Source: an uncultured delta proteobacterium
GTDB taxonomy: Bacteria; Myxococcota; Myxococcia; Myxococcales; Anaeromyxobacteraceae
Assembly (NCBI GenBank): GCA_963845515.1
Contig: CAWJSR010000028.1
Span: 1-64,000 of the forward strand
DNA: 64,000 nucleotides
Reading direction: 5' to 3'
Made by a program: the position numbers and the translations under genes. This document shows, in pieces, positions 39,181 to 51,223 of this stretch; position 1 is the stretch's first letter; the number at the start of each line of letters is the position of its first letter. The notes under the pieces are model-generated. The model searched no databases, was not told where the DNA came from, and saw nothing but the letters and a program-made list of their open reading frames with translations.

Positions 39181-41268
39181 ATGCCAACGTCGAACGCTGC
39201 CGGGGGGGCCGGCCTGATCGGTCTCGCGCTGCTCGCGTTCGCCTCGGGAACGGAGGCGGCCGGCGCGAGCCCGCCGCTGGCGCGCGAAGGGGAGTTCGTC
39301 GCCGCGCACCCGGTCTGGAGGGTCGGCGCCGATCCCTCCTGGCCGCCGTACACCTATCGGGCCGCCGACGGGACCTTGGCGGGGCTGGACGTCGAGCTCT
39401 CGCGAGTGCTCGGCGAGCGCGTCGGGGCGCGCCTCGAGTGGGTGAACGTCCAGAGCTGGGCGGAGGCGCTGCGCCTCTTCCGCGCCGGCGAGCTGGATCT
39501 CCTGATGGGCACCGCCCGCACCGCCGAGCGGGACGCGGAGATGCTCTTCACGCGCCCGTACGCGGCCTCCCCCGTGGCGGTGATCGCCAGGCTGGACTCG
39601 CCCTTCCTCGTCACGCTCCGCGACCTGGTCGGCAGGAGGGTCGCCGCGCCGGAGGGGCACGTCACGACCGATTACCTGCGCAAGCTGTCGCTCGAGCTGG
39701 AGCTCGAGGTCGCGCCCGACCTCGACGCCGCCCTGCGCGCCGTCGCCGGGGGGCGCGCCGACGCGATGGTGGCCGGGCTGATCCCGTCCGCGACCGCGAT
39801 CAACGCCCTGGGGCTCGACAACCTGAAGATCGCTGGGCTGCTGGACGCCCGCTTCGACCTCTGCGTGGCGGTCAGGCGCGACTGGCCCGAGGCGCGGGAC
39901 CTGCTCGATCGGGCCATCGCCCTGGACTCGCCCGAGGCGAAGATCGAGCGCTTCGACCGCTGGATCGCGCCGGTGATCGGGCTCCAGCGCCAGGCGTCGC
40001 ACTGGCGGCGGATGCTCCTGTGGGGGATGGGGGCGGCCGGCGCGCTGGGGCTGGGGCTCCTCCTCGCCGGCGTCTGGAACCGGTCGTTGGCGGCGCGCGT
40101 GACGAAGGCCACCGCGGCGATGGCGCGCGAGGTCGCCGCGCACGCCCGGAGCGAGACCCGCTTCCGCACCATGTTCGAGCAGGCGCCCATCGGCATGTTC
40201 CGGTCGACGCCCTCCGGGTCGTTCGTGTCGGTGAACGCCTTCCTCGCGCGGATGTTCGAGTTCGACTCGCCGGAGCAGATGGTGAGCGAGGTCAACCGCG
40301 TGGGGATCCCCGCCGCGCTCTTCGACGACCCGCGCCAGCGCGATCGGCTCGTGGCGGAGGTCGTGGAGCGGCCGGAGGCGCTCCTCGGCAGCCGGGTGCG
40401 CTACCGGAGCCGGACGGGACGGCCGATCGAGGCGCTCCTCTCGATGGCGGCGGTGGATGACCCGGAGAGCGGCGTGCGCTCGCTGCTCGGCTTCGTGCAG
40501 GACGTGACCGCCGAGGTCCGGGAGGAGGCGAGCCGGCGGCAGCGCGAGAAGCTGGTGGCGCTCGGGGAGCTGGCGAGCGGCGTGGCGCACGACTTCAACA
40601 ACCTGCTGGCCGTCATCCTCTCGGAGGCCGAGCTCCTCGCGGTGGACGCCCGGGAGCCCCGCGTCTCGGAGAGCGCGCGGAACATCCTGGCGTCGGTCGA
40701 CGGCGCGCGCGCGCTGACCGGCCGCCTGCTGCGGTTCGTCCGCACCGACGGCTCGGAGCGCCCGACGGTCTACGACGTGCGCGAGGCGGCCCGCGTCGCG
40801 CTGGAGCTCTTCGACACCGCCGTCGGGCCGGGGGTGAAGGTGGTGACCGCCCTCGCCGAGGCTCCGATCGAGGTGGAGGGGTACCGCACGGATCTGCAGA
40901 ACGCCGTGCTCAACCTCTGCTTCAACGCGCGCGACGCGATGCCGGGTGGCGGGACGCTAACGGTCCGGACGCGGCCGGTCGCGCTCTCCGCGGCCGACTG
41001 CGCGCGGCTGGCCCCGTTCAACCCCGCGCCGGGCGCCTTCGTGGAGATCGAGGTGGCCGACACCGGGACTGGCATGCGCCCCGGGGTGCGCGCGAGCTGC
41101 ACCGAGCCCTTCTTCACGACCAAGGGGGAGGCCGGGACGGGGCTTGGGCTCTGGATGGTCGCCGGCGTGGCCTCGAGCAGCGGGGGGGCGCTCAGGATCG
41201 AGTCGAGCCCCGGCGCCGGGACGTCGGTCGCGATCCTCCTCCCGGCGGCGGGAGCCCCGGCCGCCTAA
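39181..41268 (+). CDS. Sensor histidine kinase (SBP_bac_3 periplasmic domain + PAS + HisKA/HATPase)
   Basis: [49 protein letters not shown]. Confidence 0.92.
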   Translation: MPTSNAAGGAGLIGLALLAFASGTEAAGASPPLAREGEFVAAHPVWRVGADPSWPPYTYRAADGTLAGLDVELSRVLGERVGARLEWVNVQSWAEALRLFRAGELDLLMGTARTAERDAEMLFTRPYAASPVAVIARLDSPFLVTLRDLVGRRVAAPEGHVTTDYLRKLSLELELEVAPDLDAALRAVAGGRADAMVAGLIPSATAINALGLDNLKIAGLLDARFDLCVAVRRDWPEARDLLDRAIALDSPEAKIERFDRWIAPVIGLQRQASHWRRMLLWGMGAAGALGLGLLLAGVWNRSLAARVTKATAAMAREVAAHARSETRFRTMFEQAPIGMFRSTPSGSFVSVNAFLARMFEFDSPEQMVSEVNRVGIPAALFDDPRQRDRLVAEVVERPEALLGSRVRYRSRTGRPIEALLSMAAVDDPESGVRSLLGFVQDVTAEVREEASRRQREKLVALGELASGVAHDFNNLLAVILSEAELLAVDAREPRVSESARNILASVDGARALTGRLLRFVRTDGSERPTVYDVREAARVALELFDTAVGPGVKVVTALAEAPIEVEGYRTDLQNAVLNLCFNARDAMPGGGTLTVRTRPVALSAADCARLAPFNPAPGAFVEIEVADTGTGMRPGVRASCTEPFFTTKGEAGTGLGLWMVAGVASSSGGALRIESSPGAGTSVAILLPAAGAPAA

Positions 41269-41945
41269 GCCGGCCGGCGCCCTGCGAGCGCCGCGTCGCG
41301 GATGCCGGAGATCGCGGCGCGGTAGTCCTTCGCGCCGTAGACCGCCGAGCCGGCGACGAGGACGTTGGCGCCCGCCGCGGCGATCTCGCCCGCGGTCTCC
41401 GCCTTCACGCCGCCGTCGATCTGGATCTCGAGCGCCGGGTTGATCCGGTCGGCCAGCGCGCGGAGGCGGCGGATCTTCTCGGTGCAGGACGGGATGTACT
41501 TCTGGCCGCCGAAGCCCGGGTTCACCGTCATGACGAGGACCATCTCGCAGTCGGCGAGGACGTACTCGACCGCCTCGGCCGGCGTCGACGGGTTGAGCGC
41601 CACGGCTGGCCTCGCCCCCGCGGCGCGGATCGCCTGGAGCGTACGGTGCAGGTGGGGCGAGGCCTCCTGGTGGACCGAGATCACGTCGGCGCCCGCCTTC
41701 GCGAAGGCCTCCACGTACCGCTCGGGCTCGACGATCATGAGGTGCGCGTCGACCGGGAGCTTCGTGACCTTCCGGACGGCCTCGACCACGAGCGGGCCGA
41801 TCGTGATGTTCGGCACGAAGCGGCCGTCCATCACGTCGACGTGGATCCAGTCGGCCCCTGCCGCTTCGGCGGCCTGGACCTCCTCGGCGAGACGGCCGAA
41901 GTCGGCGGAGAGGATCGACGGGGCGATTCGGATCGGGAGCGCCAT
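41265..41945 (-). CDS. rpe: Ribulose-phosphate 3-epimerase
   Basis: [34 protein letters not shown]. Confidence 0.98.
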   Translation of the reverse strand: MALPIRIAPSILSADFGRLAEEVQAAEAAGADWIHVDVMDGRFVPNITIGPLVVEAVRKVTKLPVDAHLMIVEPERYVEAFAKAGADVISVHQEASPHLHRTLQAIRAAGARPAVALNPSTPAEAVEYVLADCEMVLVMTVNPGFGGQKYIPSCTEKIRRLRALADRINPALEIQIDGGVKAETAGEIAAAGANVLVAGSAVYGAKDYRAAISGIRDAALAGRRPA

Positions 41946-41955
41946 GCGGCGCAGT

Positions 41956-43299
41956 CTAGACGATCCTCTGGATCCTCGCGGCGAAGAACCCGTCGGTCCC
42001 GTGCCTGCTCGGCAGCGTCAGGAGGTCTCCGTCGGCGGTGAGGACGTCGGCCGGGAAGCCGGCCGGCGGGGTCGCGCGGGCGAAGCCGGAGCCGAGCATC
42101 GCGTCGACGACGCGCGGCCCCTCCGCGCGGGAGAGCGAGCAGATCGAGTAGACGATCGGAGCCCCCGGCCTCGCGTACCTGGCGCAGTTCCGGAGGATCG
42201 GCTCCTGCATCGCGGCGAAGCGGGGAAGATCCTCCGCCACGCGGCGCAGCTTCAGCTCGGGGTGGCGGCGGAGCGTCCCGAGCCCCGCGCACGGCGCGTC
42301 GACCAGGATGGCGTCGAAGCTCCCCTCCTCGAGCCCCGGGATCGGCTTCGAGGCGTCCGCGCAGATCACCTTCATGTCCGGCAGGACGCGCTTGAACGCC
42401 TCCTCGCGCAGTGAGTCCGCCTTTCGCGGGTGGAGCTCGACCGCGACGACCTCCGAGCCGGGGGCCAGCAGCTCCGCGAGGTGGAAGGCCTTCCCGCCTG
42501 GCGCCGCGCAGGCGTCGAGGACGCGCGCCTTCTCTCCGCGCAGCCCCGCGGCGGCGAGCAGCGTCACGAGCTGCGCCGCCTCGTCCTGGACCTGGAACGG
42601 GATCCCGCTCGCCGCCCTCGCCAGGTTGGCGACGCTCCCGCCGCCGATCCGGACCCCCTCCGGCGAGCGCGGCGCCGGCGTCGCGTCGATTCCGCTCGCG
42701 CGCAGCCGCTCCACCAGCTCGTCGCGCCGCGGGGAGCGGAGCGTGAGCGGGGCGGGGGAGTTCATCGCGGCCGCGAGCGCCAGCGCATCGGCCGCGCCCA
42801 GCCAGGCGACCCACTCCTCGGCGAGCCAGCGTGGCAGGGACTCCGCGACCGCGACGTGGCCGGCGGCGTCGGCGTCGAGCGGCGGCGGGACCGGACGCTC
42901 GGGCTTGCGGGAGAGCGCGCGCAGGACCGCGTTCACGTAGCCGGAGGCGCGGCCGTGATCGACCTGCTTCGTCAGCCCGACCGCCTCGCCGACCGCGGCG
43001 TGCGGCGCGGTCCCGAGGAAGAGCAGCTCGTACGCGCCGAGCCGCAGCGCGATGCGCGCGGCCGGGTCGGCGCCCGCGATCGGCCGGCTGGAGTGCTGCG
43101 CCAGCGCGAGGTCGAGCGTCAGGGCCCGCCTGAGCGTGCCGTAGACCAGCTCGGTCGCGAGGCCGGCCTCGCGGGGCTCGAGCGCGCCGGCCTGCGCGAG
43201 GGCCGCGTCGAGGGCGCGGGAGGCGTACGCGCCCCCCTCCTCGACCCGGCGGAGGACGTTGAAGGCGAGCTGCCGTGCCGTGATCGCGATCTCGGTCAT
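41956..43299 (-). CDS. rsmB: 16S rRNA m5C967 methyltransferase
   Basis: NusB-like N-terminus, [23 protein letters not shown]; downstream of fmt. Confidence 0.93.
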   Translation of the reverse strand: MTEIAITARQLAFNVLRRVEEGGAYASRALDAALAQAGALEPREAGLATELVYGTLRRALTLDLALAQHSSRPIAGADPAARIALRLGAYELLFLGTAPHAAVGEAVGLTKQVDHGRASGYVNAVLRALSRKPERPVPPPLDADAAGHVAVAESLPRWLAEEWVAWLGAADALALAAAMNSPAPLTLRSPRRDELVERLRASGIDATPAPRSPEGVRIGGGSVANLARAASGIPFQVQDEAAQLVTLLAAAGLRGEKARVLDACAAPGGKAFHLAELLAPGSEVVAVELHPRKADSLREEAFKRVLPDMKVICADASKPIPGLEEGSFDAILVDAPCAGLGTLRRHPELKLRRVAEDLPRFAAMQEPILRNCARYARPGAPIVYSICSLSRAEGPRVVDAMLGSGFARATPPAGFPADVLTADGDLLTLPSRHGTDGFFAARIQRIV

Positions 43300-44228
43300 G
43301 TGCCGAACGCCACCTTGTCGCTGCGGAGGCCGTTGAGGAACGCGAGCGCCTCCTGCGGCGCCTTCCCCTCGGGCTGGAGCCGGGTGACGAGGAGGGTCGT
43401 CCCTCCGCCGCACGACACCGCGAGGCCGCGGCCAGCCACCTTCTCGCCCGTCCCGGCGTCGCCGCGCGCGGCGGCGTCGAGCACCTCGACCTCGAGGAGC
43501 TTGACGGTCTTCCCGTCGAGCGTCGTGAAGGCGCCGGGCCACGGCGTGAAGCCGCGCAGCCGCGCGGCGACGACGGCCGCGGCGCGCGTCCAGTCCACCT
43601 TGCCGTCCTCCTTCGTGAGGATCGGCGCGAGCGTCACCTCCGAAGCGTCCTGCCTCACAGGGGCGAGCTTCCCCGCGGTGAGGAGCGCGAGCGCCTCGAC
43701 CAGCGCCTCGCCGCCGAGCGCCGCCAGCCTCGGCGAGAGCGCCTCCGCGGTGTCGGCGGGGCCGATCGGCATCGCCCGCTGCAGGAGCATGTCCCCGGAG
43801 TCGAGCCCCTCGTCCATCTGCATGATGGTCACGCCGGTCTCGGGTTCGCCGTTCGCCACGGCCCACTGGATCGGCGCGGCGCCGCGGTACCTCGGCAGGA
43901 GCGAGCCGTGGACGTTGATCGCGCCGTGGGGCGCGAGCGAGAGCAGGTCCTTGCCCAGGATCCGGCCGTAGGCGGCGACCACGAGGGCGTCGGGCTTCAG
44001 TGGCGCGAGCGCGGCGCAGAGCGTCCCGTCGCGCACCTTCTCCGGCTGGAGCACGGCGATCCCGCGCGCGAGCGCCCAGTCCTTCGTGGCCGGCGGCCTG
44101 AGCGCCTGCCCCCGGCCGGCGGGCCGGTCGGGCTGGGCGACCACGCAGAGGAGCTCGTGCCCGGCGCGGGCCAGGGCGTCGAGGGAGGGGACGGCGAAGG
44201 CCGGAGTCCCCATGAAGACGATCCGCAT
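43296..44228 (-). CDS. fmt: Methionyl-tRNA formyltransferase
   Basis: MRIVFMGTPAFA, INVHGSLLPRYRGAAPIQ. Confidence 0.98.
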   Translation of the reverse strand: MRIVFMGTPAFAVPSLDALARAGHELLCVVAQPDRPAGRGQALRPPATKDWALARGIAVLQPEKVRDGTLCAALAPLKPDALVVAAYGRILGKDLLSLAPHGAINVHGSLLPRYRGAAPIQWAVANGEPETGVTIMQMDEGLDSGDMLLQRAMPIGPADTAEALSPRLAALGGEALVEALALLTAGKLAPVRQDASEVTLAPILTKEDGKVDWTRAAAVVAARLRGFTPWPGAFTTLDGKTVKLLEVEVLDAAARGDAGTGEKVAGRGLAVSCGGGTTLLVTRLQPEGKAPQEALAFLNGLRSDKVAFGT

Positions 44229-44333
44229 GGCGCGGGGTATACGCGGAAACGGCCGGACGGGTCGAGGGCGCGCCGGGGGCTCAGCCCCGGTCGCCCCCGT
44301 GTCCCCGTCCCTCTCCCCCGGTCCTTCAGGGCG

Positions 44334-45942
44334 TCACATGCCGCCCATGCCGCCGCCCATCCCGTCCATGATGTGCCACATGCCCATCATGCCGATGTCC
44401 TCGTGCTCGAGGATGTGGCAGTGGTACATCGTCATCCCGGTGAAGTCGCGGATCGGCAGGCGGAAGGTCGCGCTGCCCCACTTCGGGATGATGATGGTGT
44501 CCTTCCAGGCCGGGGCGCTCGTGTAGAGCTGGGCGTACTTCGCGAAGCTCGCGTCACCCCCCGCGATCGAGAGCACCTGCGCGTCGTTGACGTGCTGGTG
44601 CCACGGGTGGTCCATCCCGCTCTCGTTCACGACCTCCCAGATCTCGTCCGTGCCGACCGTCGAGTGGTGCTCGTCGGAGCTGATCGTGCCGTCGGGGAGG
44701 ATGTCGAAGGTCTTCCCGTTGATGTAGCCACGCCCCATCATCATCCCGAGCGAGAAGCTGGCGCGAGGGAGCATCGGATCGTCGGCGAGCCGCATCGCGT
44801 CGGGGTTGACCACGGTGGGGAGGGACTGGTTCGTGCGTGAGCCCTTCACCCGGAGCGTCATCAGCGTGATCTGGGGCGAGGTCATGCTCCCGTGGCGCGC
44901 GTACGGCAGCGCCAGCAGCTTGTAGTCGCCGGTCGTGTTGCTCACCTTGACCAGGAGGTCGGCGCGCTCGCCCGGCGCCATCAGGAGCTCGCTCACGGCG
45001 TACGGCTTGTCCAGCAGGCCGCCGTCGGTGCCCACCAGGTTGAGCGCGTGGCCCTGGAGCGCGAGGCGGTAGAAGCGGGCGTTGCTGGTGTTGATGATCC
45101 GCAGCCGGCGGACCTCACCCGGCCGGGCCGGCAGGTACGGGTTCACCTGCGCGTTCACCATCACCACGTCGCCCTCCTTGCCGCGCATGTACTCGCTCGT
45201 CATCGTGTAGGGCGCGGGCGCGCCGTTCGCGATGGTGATGTCCTTGAGGACGAGCAGGTTCCGCGGGTAGGAGGCGAGCGTGGTGATCGCGCCGTCGGTG
45301 ACGTCGAGCGCCCCGACGAGACCGCCCCACATCTGCTCGGCGACCGTGCCGTGGACGTGCGGGTGGTAGAGCCCGAGGCTCCCCGGCCGCTGCCACCTCA
45401 GGTCGTAGCAGTACACCTGCTCGCCCCCGCCCGCGGGGACCGCGATGTGGACGTCGTCCGCCGGGATGCCGGTCATTGCGTCGGCCCCCGGCGAGACGTG
45501 CCAGCCGTGCACATGGACGTTGGTCACGTTCTTCACGTGCCCGAGGATGTTGGTCTGCGTCGTGTACGGCAGTGAGTTCTTGAAGCGCAGGTTGACGACG
45601 TCACCCGGGTTGGCCCGGATGGTCGGCGCGATGAAGCTTCCGCCGTAGGTGAGGAGGCTGGCCGTCGAGCCGTTCACGCTGGCTGGCGCGATCCGCGCGT
45701 CGATGCTCACGTCAACGACGCCAGGCGTCACGGAGCTGTTCGCGGCGAGCACGGGGTCGCGAAGGAGTGTGCCGACCGGGGGATCGATCACCCCCCCACC
45801 TCCTCCCATTCCTCCGCCATCCGCCCATGCCGCCGCCACCGCCCATCATCTGGCCGAGCGCGCGAGGGGCGACGGCCACACCCGCTGCGGCGAGGGAGCT
45901 GCGCATGAAGAACTGCCGGCGTCCAAGTCGGTTGGGCTTCAT
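44334..45942 (-). CDS. Multicopper oxidase with Tat signal (frameshift near 45825)
   Basis: Tat LGRRQFF in ORF 45712..45942; HVHGWH, HPHVHG, HPWHQH, HCHILEHEDIGMM. Confidence 0.92.
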
Positions 45943-46116
45943 TGTGTGTCCCTCGTTGGCGCGCAGGCGCGCCGCGAGCCTGTGTTCACGGAAAGCAGAC
46001 GTTGCCGCTTCTCGATGGACGTATGCACGCGCCGAAGGACGCGCCGAGGACGTGCGCGTCCCTGGTGGGTTGGGAGCGCAAAGCGGGTCCAGCGAACGGG
46101 TGAGGTGCGGGCCCGC

Positions 46117-47418
46117 TCACCCCACCGCGACGAGGATGAGGTCGCCGAGGTGGGTGCCGGTCGCGAACGAGGGGATGGCCACGCCCAGCGCGACGCAGGC
46201 GGGCCCCGAGCGGAACGCCGCGAGCGCGCCGTCGAGGTCGACGCCGTTCCAGCGGGCGAACGGCGCAGTCTCGCCGGTCACCACGGCCCCCGCCTGAGCC
46301 GTGGGGCCGTCCCGCCCGTCCGACCCTGCGGCGAGGACCGCCGCCGGGATCCCGTCGAGCGTCCGCGCGACGAGCAGCGCAAGGTGCTGCGCGCGTCCGC
46401 CGCTCGCCCCCTCCGCGTCGCTCGGGATGGAGATCGTGGGCTCGCCGGCCAGCGCCAGCAGGCGCGGGCCGCGCCCCGCGTGCTCCCAGACCCAGGCACC
46501 GATCCGGTCGGCGGCGGCCTGCACCGTGCCCGTGAGCGGGCGCGGATCGTGCTCCGCTTCGACGCCCCGGGCCCGCGCGGCTCCAGCCGCCGCCTGCGCC
46601 AGCGCCACCGGTCCCGCGAGCAGCTCGTGAGAGACGCAGTCGAGCTTCGGGTCACCCGGCTTGGGCGTCTCCTCGAGCCGACCGGCGAGCCCCTCGGCCA
46701 CGGCGGTCCTGACGGTGGCGGGGAGCGCGCGCTCGACGCCGCTCGCCGCCGCGATCCTGGCGACGTCCGACCAGGTCGTCGGATCGCCGACCAACGGACC
46801 GGATGCGATCACGGAGAGGTCGTCGCCCGGGACGTCGGAGAGGACGAGGACGCGGACCGGATTGGGCGAGAGCGCGGCGGCCAGCCGCCCCCCCTTCGTG
46901 CGCGAGAGATGCTTCCGCACGCAGTTCAGGTCCTGGATGGGGAGTCCGGCGCGCATGAGCAGGGCGAGGGCCTCCACCTTGTCGTTCGGCGGGATCCGCG
47001 GCGCGGGCGCGACGGCCAGGGCGCTCCCACCGCCGGAGAGGAGGACGAGGGCCGGCGCGTCGCCGCCAGCGTCACCCCAGGCTGCGAGCGCCTCGCCGGC
47101 GATCAGGGACCCCATGGTCGGGCGGGGGTGGCCACCGTGGATGGCGCGGATCCCCTCCGGGGGCAGCGCGCCCTCGGGGAGGATGCAGAGCGGATCCCGG
47201 GCGCGCGGCCCCATCGCGGCGAGCGCCGCGTCCATCATCTGGCCGGCTGCCTTGCCGAGGGCGAGGAGCCTGACAGGGCCCGCCGGAGGCGCAGCGAGGT
47301 GGAGGGCGCGCGTGACCAGCGCTCCGGCCGGGAGCGCCGCGAGCGCCTCCCGGTACACCGCCTCCAGCGCGGCCGCGAGCGGCGGGCGGGCGGGGGGCCT
47401 CGGCCCCGCGTTCACCAT
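46117..47418 (-). CDS. Glycerate kinase type 2 (DUF4147/MOFRL)
   Basis: LGKAA, GGHPRP, LSGGGSAL, RKHLS..KGG, SDVPGDD, GSDGRDG. Confidence 0.9.
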   Translation of the reverse strand: MVNAGPRPPARPPLAAALEAVYREALAALPAGALVTRALHLAAPPAGPVRLLALGKAAGQMMDAALAAMGPRARDPLCILPEGALPPEGIRAIHGGHPRPTMGSLIAGEALAAWGDAGGDAPALVLLSGGGSALAVAPAPRIPPNDKVEALALLMRAGLPIQDLNCVRKHLSRTKGGRLAAALSPNPVRVLVLSDVPGDDLSVIASGPLVGDPTTWSDVARIAAASGVERALPATVRTAVAEGLAGRLEETPKPGDPKLDCVSHELLAGPVALAQAAAGAARARGVEAEHDPRPLTGTVQAAADRIGAWVWEHAGRGPRLLALAGEPTISIPSDAEGASGGRAQHLALLVARTLDGIPAAVLAAGSDGRDGPTAQAGAVVTGETAPFARWNGVDLDGALAAFRSGPACVALGVAIPSFATGTHLGDLILVAVG

Positions 47419-47538
47419 CGGTCTGCCTCCAGGCCCCGAGCGTGGCGCATGACGCAGCGCCCCGCAAGCTCCTCGACGGAGCCTCGTTGCGGGAACGCGC
47501 TCGCGCGGTAGAATCCCAGCCCGAAAGGGGAGCGTCAC

Positions 47539-48192
47539 ATGGCCGAGGTCTTCGCCGGCGATTCACCCGGCGTACACGCCCGCCGAGTCTTTCTCGTGGA
47601 CCGGGGCTTTCAGCTCAAGTACGCGCTCCTCATGGCCGGCGCAGGTGCGCTCGTCGCGCTGATCTTCGGCCTGTGGCTGCACCAGGCGCACACCCAGGCC
47701 GTCGAGATAGCGGGGCTCGACCCCGCCCTTCGCGAGGAGCTCGCGCGGGGTGACCGCCAGCTCCTCTTCGCCTTCGCCGGGATCGCCGCGCTCCTCGCGC
47801 TGGCGCTCGGGTTGCTGGGGGTGGTGATGACCCACCGCGTCGCCGGGCCGGTGGCGGTGATGGGGCACTACGTGTCCGTCCTGGCGCGCGGCGCGTTCCC
47901 TCGGATGCGGACGCTCCGCAAGACGGACGAGCTCCGCTCCTTCTTTCAGGTCTTCATCGACGCGGTCGGCCACCTCAAGGAACGCGAGGCGCGCCACGTC
48001 GAGCTGCTGGAGTCCACGCTCGCCGCCATGAAGGTCGCCCTCCCGCGCGCGCCGGAGCTCGCGGAGGCGATCGGGCCGCTGGAGCGGGTCGTACAGGAGC
48101 GCCGCGCCGCCGTCCGCGCGGACGATCCCGAGCTCACGCCTTTGTACGTCGCCCGTCCGGGCGGCGGTCACGCCCTCCCCGAGAACCGCTAG
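47539..48192 (+). CDS. Two-TM membrane protein with HAMP-like segment
   Basis: FQLKY, two TMs, THRVAGP...LRKTDEL. Confidence 0.75.
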   Translation: MAEVFAGDSPGVHARRVFLVDRGFQLKYALLMAGAGALVALIFGLWLHQAHTQAVEIAGLDPALREELARGDRQLLFAFAGIAALLALALGLLGVVMTHRVAGPVAVMGHYVSVLARGAFPRMRTLRKTDELRSFFQVFIDAVGHLKEREARHVELLESTLAAMKVALPRAPELAEAIGPLERVVQERRAAVRADDPELTPLYVARPGGGHALPENR

Positions 48193-48204
48193 TTGGAGCC
48201 ATCC

Positions 48205-49782
48205 ATGCGCAACGTCGCGATCGCACTCTCCTGCCTCGTCCTCTTCGCCTGCGCCTCGCCGAGCGATCCAGCCGGCTGGGCGAAGGAGGCCTACAAGCGC
48301 AACCGTCTCGATGAGAAGCTCCACGCCCTGGAGCAGGTGCGGAAGGCGCCGGGGGACAAGAAGGCCGCGGTCCCCTTCCTCGTCCAGATCCTCGAGGAGA
48401 AGCAGCACCCGCGCGCCCGCGGGGCCGCCGCGCTCGCGCTCGGCGAGGCGGGCGACGCGGCGGCGATCGAGCCGCTGATGAAGGCGCTGGACCTCGGCGC
48501 GAAGGAGCGCGACGCCGTCGACATGGACCGGCGGATCGCGGAGGCGCTCGGCGCGCTCAGGGCGAAGGAGGCGGTCCAGAAGCTCGGGCAGCTCACCACC
48601 TTCCCCGACGGCTTCGTCCAGGTGGCGGCGGTCGACGCGCTCGGCGCCATCGGCGACCCGACGGCCGTCGAGACGCTCACGGTCGTCGCGATGGACCCGC
48701 AGGGCGAGCCCTTCACCTCCAAGAAGGCCACGCTGGCGCTCGGCCGGATCGGCGACCCGAAGTCGATGCCGGTCATCCTCAAGCTGATGTTCGTCTCGCG
48801 CGGCGGGGTCTCGTTCTTCCCGGAGGCGGCGTTCGCGGCCTCGCAGATCGGCCCGTCGATGATCCCGCCGCTCCTCGCGGTGCTGCAGGGGCGCGACGCC
48901 GAGCTCTCCGCGTGGGCGAAGGAGCAGAGCTACCCGTCGGGCGCGCTCTACGCGAAGGCCGCCAGCGTGCTCGGCGACGTCGGCGATGCGTCGGTCGTGT
49001 CGGCGCTGGTCCAGCGGCTCTCGTACGTGGACTCGGACCCCGGGCTCCAGCTCTTCGTGCGCGTCTACGTCGCCGAGGCGCTCGGTCGGCTGCGGGCGCG
49101 CGAGGCGGTGCGGCCGCTCGCCGACGCTCTCGGCCGCGAGCGCAACCCCGACGCGCGCGACCGGCTCTGCGACGCGCTCGCCCGTATCGGCGACCCGGGG
49201 GCCCTCCCGGCGCTCAAGGGCGCGGCGTCTGGTGACTGGGACTCGAAGGTGGCGCCGCTGACGGCCGTCTCGCGGCTCGGCGGCGAGGAGGAGCGTGCGG
49301 TGATCGGCGCGGCCCAGGCCGCCTGCGGCGGGGGCTGCCCCGCCGCGCAGAAGGCGGCGCTCGCCGGGATGCTCGCCAGGCTCGACGCCGCGAAGGCGTG
49401 CGGCAGCGACGTGAGGTGCTGGGCGGGCCGGCTCGGCGACGCCAGCGCGGCGGTGCGCGATCGCGCGGCGCTCGAGGTCGGCCGTGCGGGCGGGCCTGGC
49501 GAGGCGGCCGCGCTCGGCGACGCGATCGTGCGCAAGGTCGACTCTGACGAGGAGCGCGAGGCGCGCTACCACGCCGTGCTCGCGCTCGGGTGGATCGCGA
49601 AGAAGGACACGAAGGCGATCACCGACGGCGCAGCGATCGCCGAGAAGATCAACGCCATGATCCTCTCCGACAAGGGGCGGAAGCTGGTCGAGGGCGTCAA
49701 CGAGGACGCGATGCGGCTGGCGCTGCGGCTGGAGCGGGCGGCCGGGAAGGCCGCCGAGGCGGCCCCGCCGCCGCAGCCGTAG
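48205..49782 (+). CDS. HEAT-repeat lipoprotein
   Basis: Lipobox LFAC; repeated A..ALG.IGD..A units. Confidence 0.85.
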   Translation: MRNVAIALSCLVLFACASPSDPAGWAKEAYKRNRLDEKLHALEQVRKAPGDKKAAVPFLVQILEEKQHPRARGAAALALGEAGDAAAIEPLMKALDLGAKERDAVDMDRRIAEALGALRAKEAVQKLGQLTTFPDGFVQVAAVDALGAIGDPTAVETLTVVAMDPQGEPFTSKKATLALGRIGDPKSMPVILKLMFVSRGGVSFFPEAAFAASQIGPSMIPPLLAVLQGRDAELSAWAKEQSYPSGALYAKAASVLGDVGDASVVSALVQRLSYVDSDPGLQLFVRVYVAEALGRLRAREAVRPLADALGRERNPDARDRLCDALARIGDPGALPALKGAASGDWDSKVAPLTAVSRLGGEEERAVIGAAQAACGGGCPAAQKAALAGMLARLDAAKACGSDVRCWAGRLGDASAAVRDRAALEVGRAGGPGEAAALGDAIVRKVDSDEEREARYHAVLALGWIAKKDTKAITDGAAIAEKINAMILSDKGRKLVEGVNEDAMRLALRLERAAGKAAEAAPPPQP

Positions 49783-49797
49783 GGCAGGTCATCCACT

Positions 49798-49851
49798 TCT
49801 CCCTCACCCCGACCCTCGCCCTCGGTGAGGGGGAGGGGAGGTTGAAGGGGG
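49798..49851. repeat. REP-like palindrome between convergent genes
   Basis: CCCTCACCCCGACCCTCGCCCTCGGTGAGGGGGAGGGG. Confidence 0.7.
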
Positions 49852-51193
49852 GACGGCGCCGCCCTTCCCGTTCTTGTCCCACGCGCTCGGGAGCATGTTG
49901 AACGGGAGGAGCTTCGCGAGGAGCGGCAGGAGCAGCAGTCCGCCGGGCGCCGCGAAGATCGCGAGGGCCGGCACCGCCTTCGCCAGGTCGACGAGCTGCC
50001 CGCGCACCTTCTTCTTCTCCTCCGGGGTGAGCCTGCGGCCAGCCGTCGCCTTGGCCAGGAGCTGGCCCAGCTCGCCGGTCTGGCGAAGCTCGGTGACGAT
50101 GGCGCCCCAGTTCTCGGTGACTGCGGTGCTGACACGCTCCACCGCCAGGTCGGACATGCCCTCCCAGGCCTCGGCCAGGGAGGCCCACTCCGAGTGGGGC
50201 AGGCTGCTCCCGATCGCCTCGAACCAGGCGTGGTGGTCGCCGTGGCGCGCCGCCGCCTCCACCTGGGACGCGGCGATTGCCTCGGGGGGCAGGCCCGTGG
50301 CCGCGGCGAAGTCATCGACCCACAGCGCCGCCTCGGGGTGCTGCCTGGGGGCGAGGAGCAGGGCGAGGTGGAGCTGCTCCAGGAGGAACGACCTTATCCG
50401 CTCGGGCGTGGCGTCGGCGAGCTGATCGGGCGGGCGCGGGTGAAGGACCGCCGCGCGCGCCTCGCGCCAGGCCGGCCGCCGAAGGCCGAGCCGCGAGACC
50501 TGGCGCAGCCGCATCGCGCGCTCCTCGTCGGTGGGACTGCGTGCGACGGACGCGCTCCCGGAGGTCGCCTCGGCCAGGAAGACCAGCTCGCGCTCGGCGA
50601 AGGCGCGGTGGCGCTCCAGGCCGTCTGCGCGCAGCTCGCCGTGGCGGTGCAGCCCCATCGCGACGCGGCCGAGGTGGCGGCGAAGGACCGCCAGCGCCCC
50701 CGGGTAGAGGACGAGCCCGCCCACTGGATCCCCGGGCGGATGAAAGCGCGAGAGGAGCGCGCTCTCGGCGGCGCGCTGGGCGCGGCGGGGAGCGGGGCGT
50801 GCCCCCCGGCCGCGATACGTTCATGTCCAGCGCCAGGTCGGTCTCCCCCAGCGCGGCAGCGAGGAAGGCGAGCGCCTCGTCGAGGCAGCGGCTGGGGCTG
50901 CGAGGCGGGGGGCCGAGCCCAGCCAGATCGAGGGCGAGCTCCACGTGACCCCGGGCCGTCTCCAGGAAGACCTCGTCGGGGGAGCGCTCGCCCGACACGA
51001 GCCGGTGCACGCGCAGCGACCGGTCGACGAGGAGGCGCGCCGATGGCTCGAGGTCCACGGGTGAGGCGACGCCAGGCTCTCCCATGAATGCGGGCGGCGA
51101 GAGCCGGGCGCAGACGTCGGCTGAGTCGTGGGTCGCCTGCGTCTCCCGTAGGAGCGCGGCGAGCCAGTCTGGCTTCTTGAGGTCGATGAGCAC
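49804..51193 (-). CDS. LETM1-like domain protein (frameshifts near 50730-50815)
   Basis: C-terminus [38 protein letters not shown]...LPSA; N-terminus in ORF 50312..51193. Confidence 0.65.
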
Positions 51194-51223
51194 TGCGAGG
51201 AGGGAGTCTAGCGCAGACCCCCG

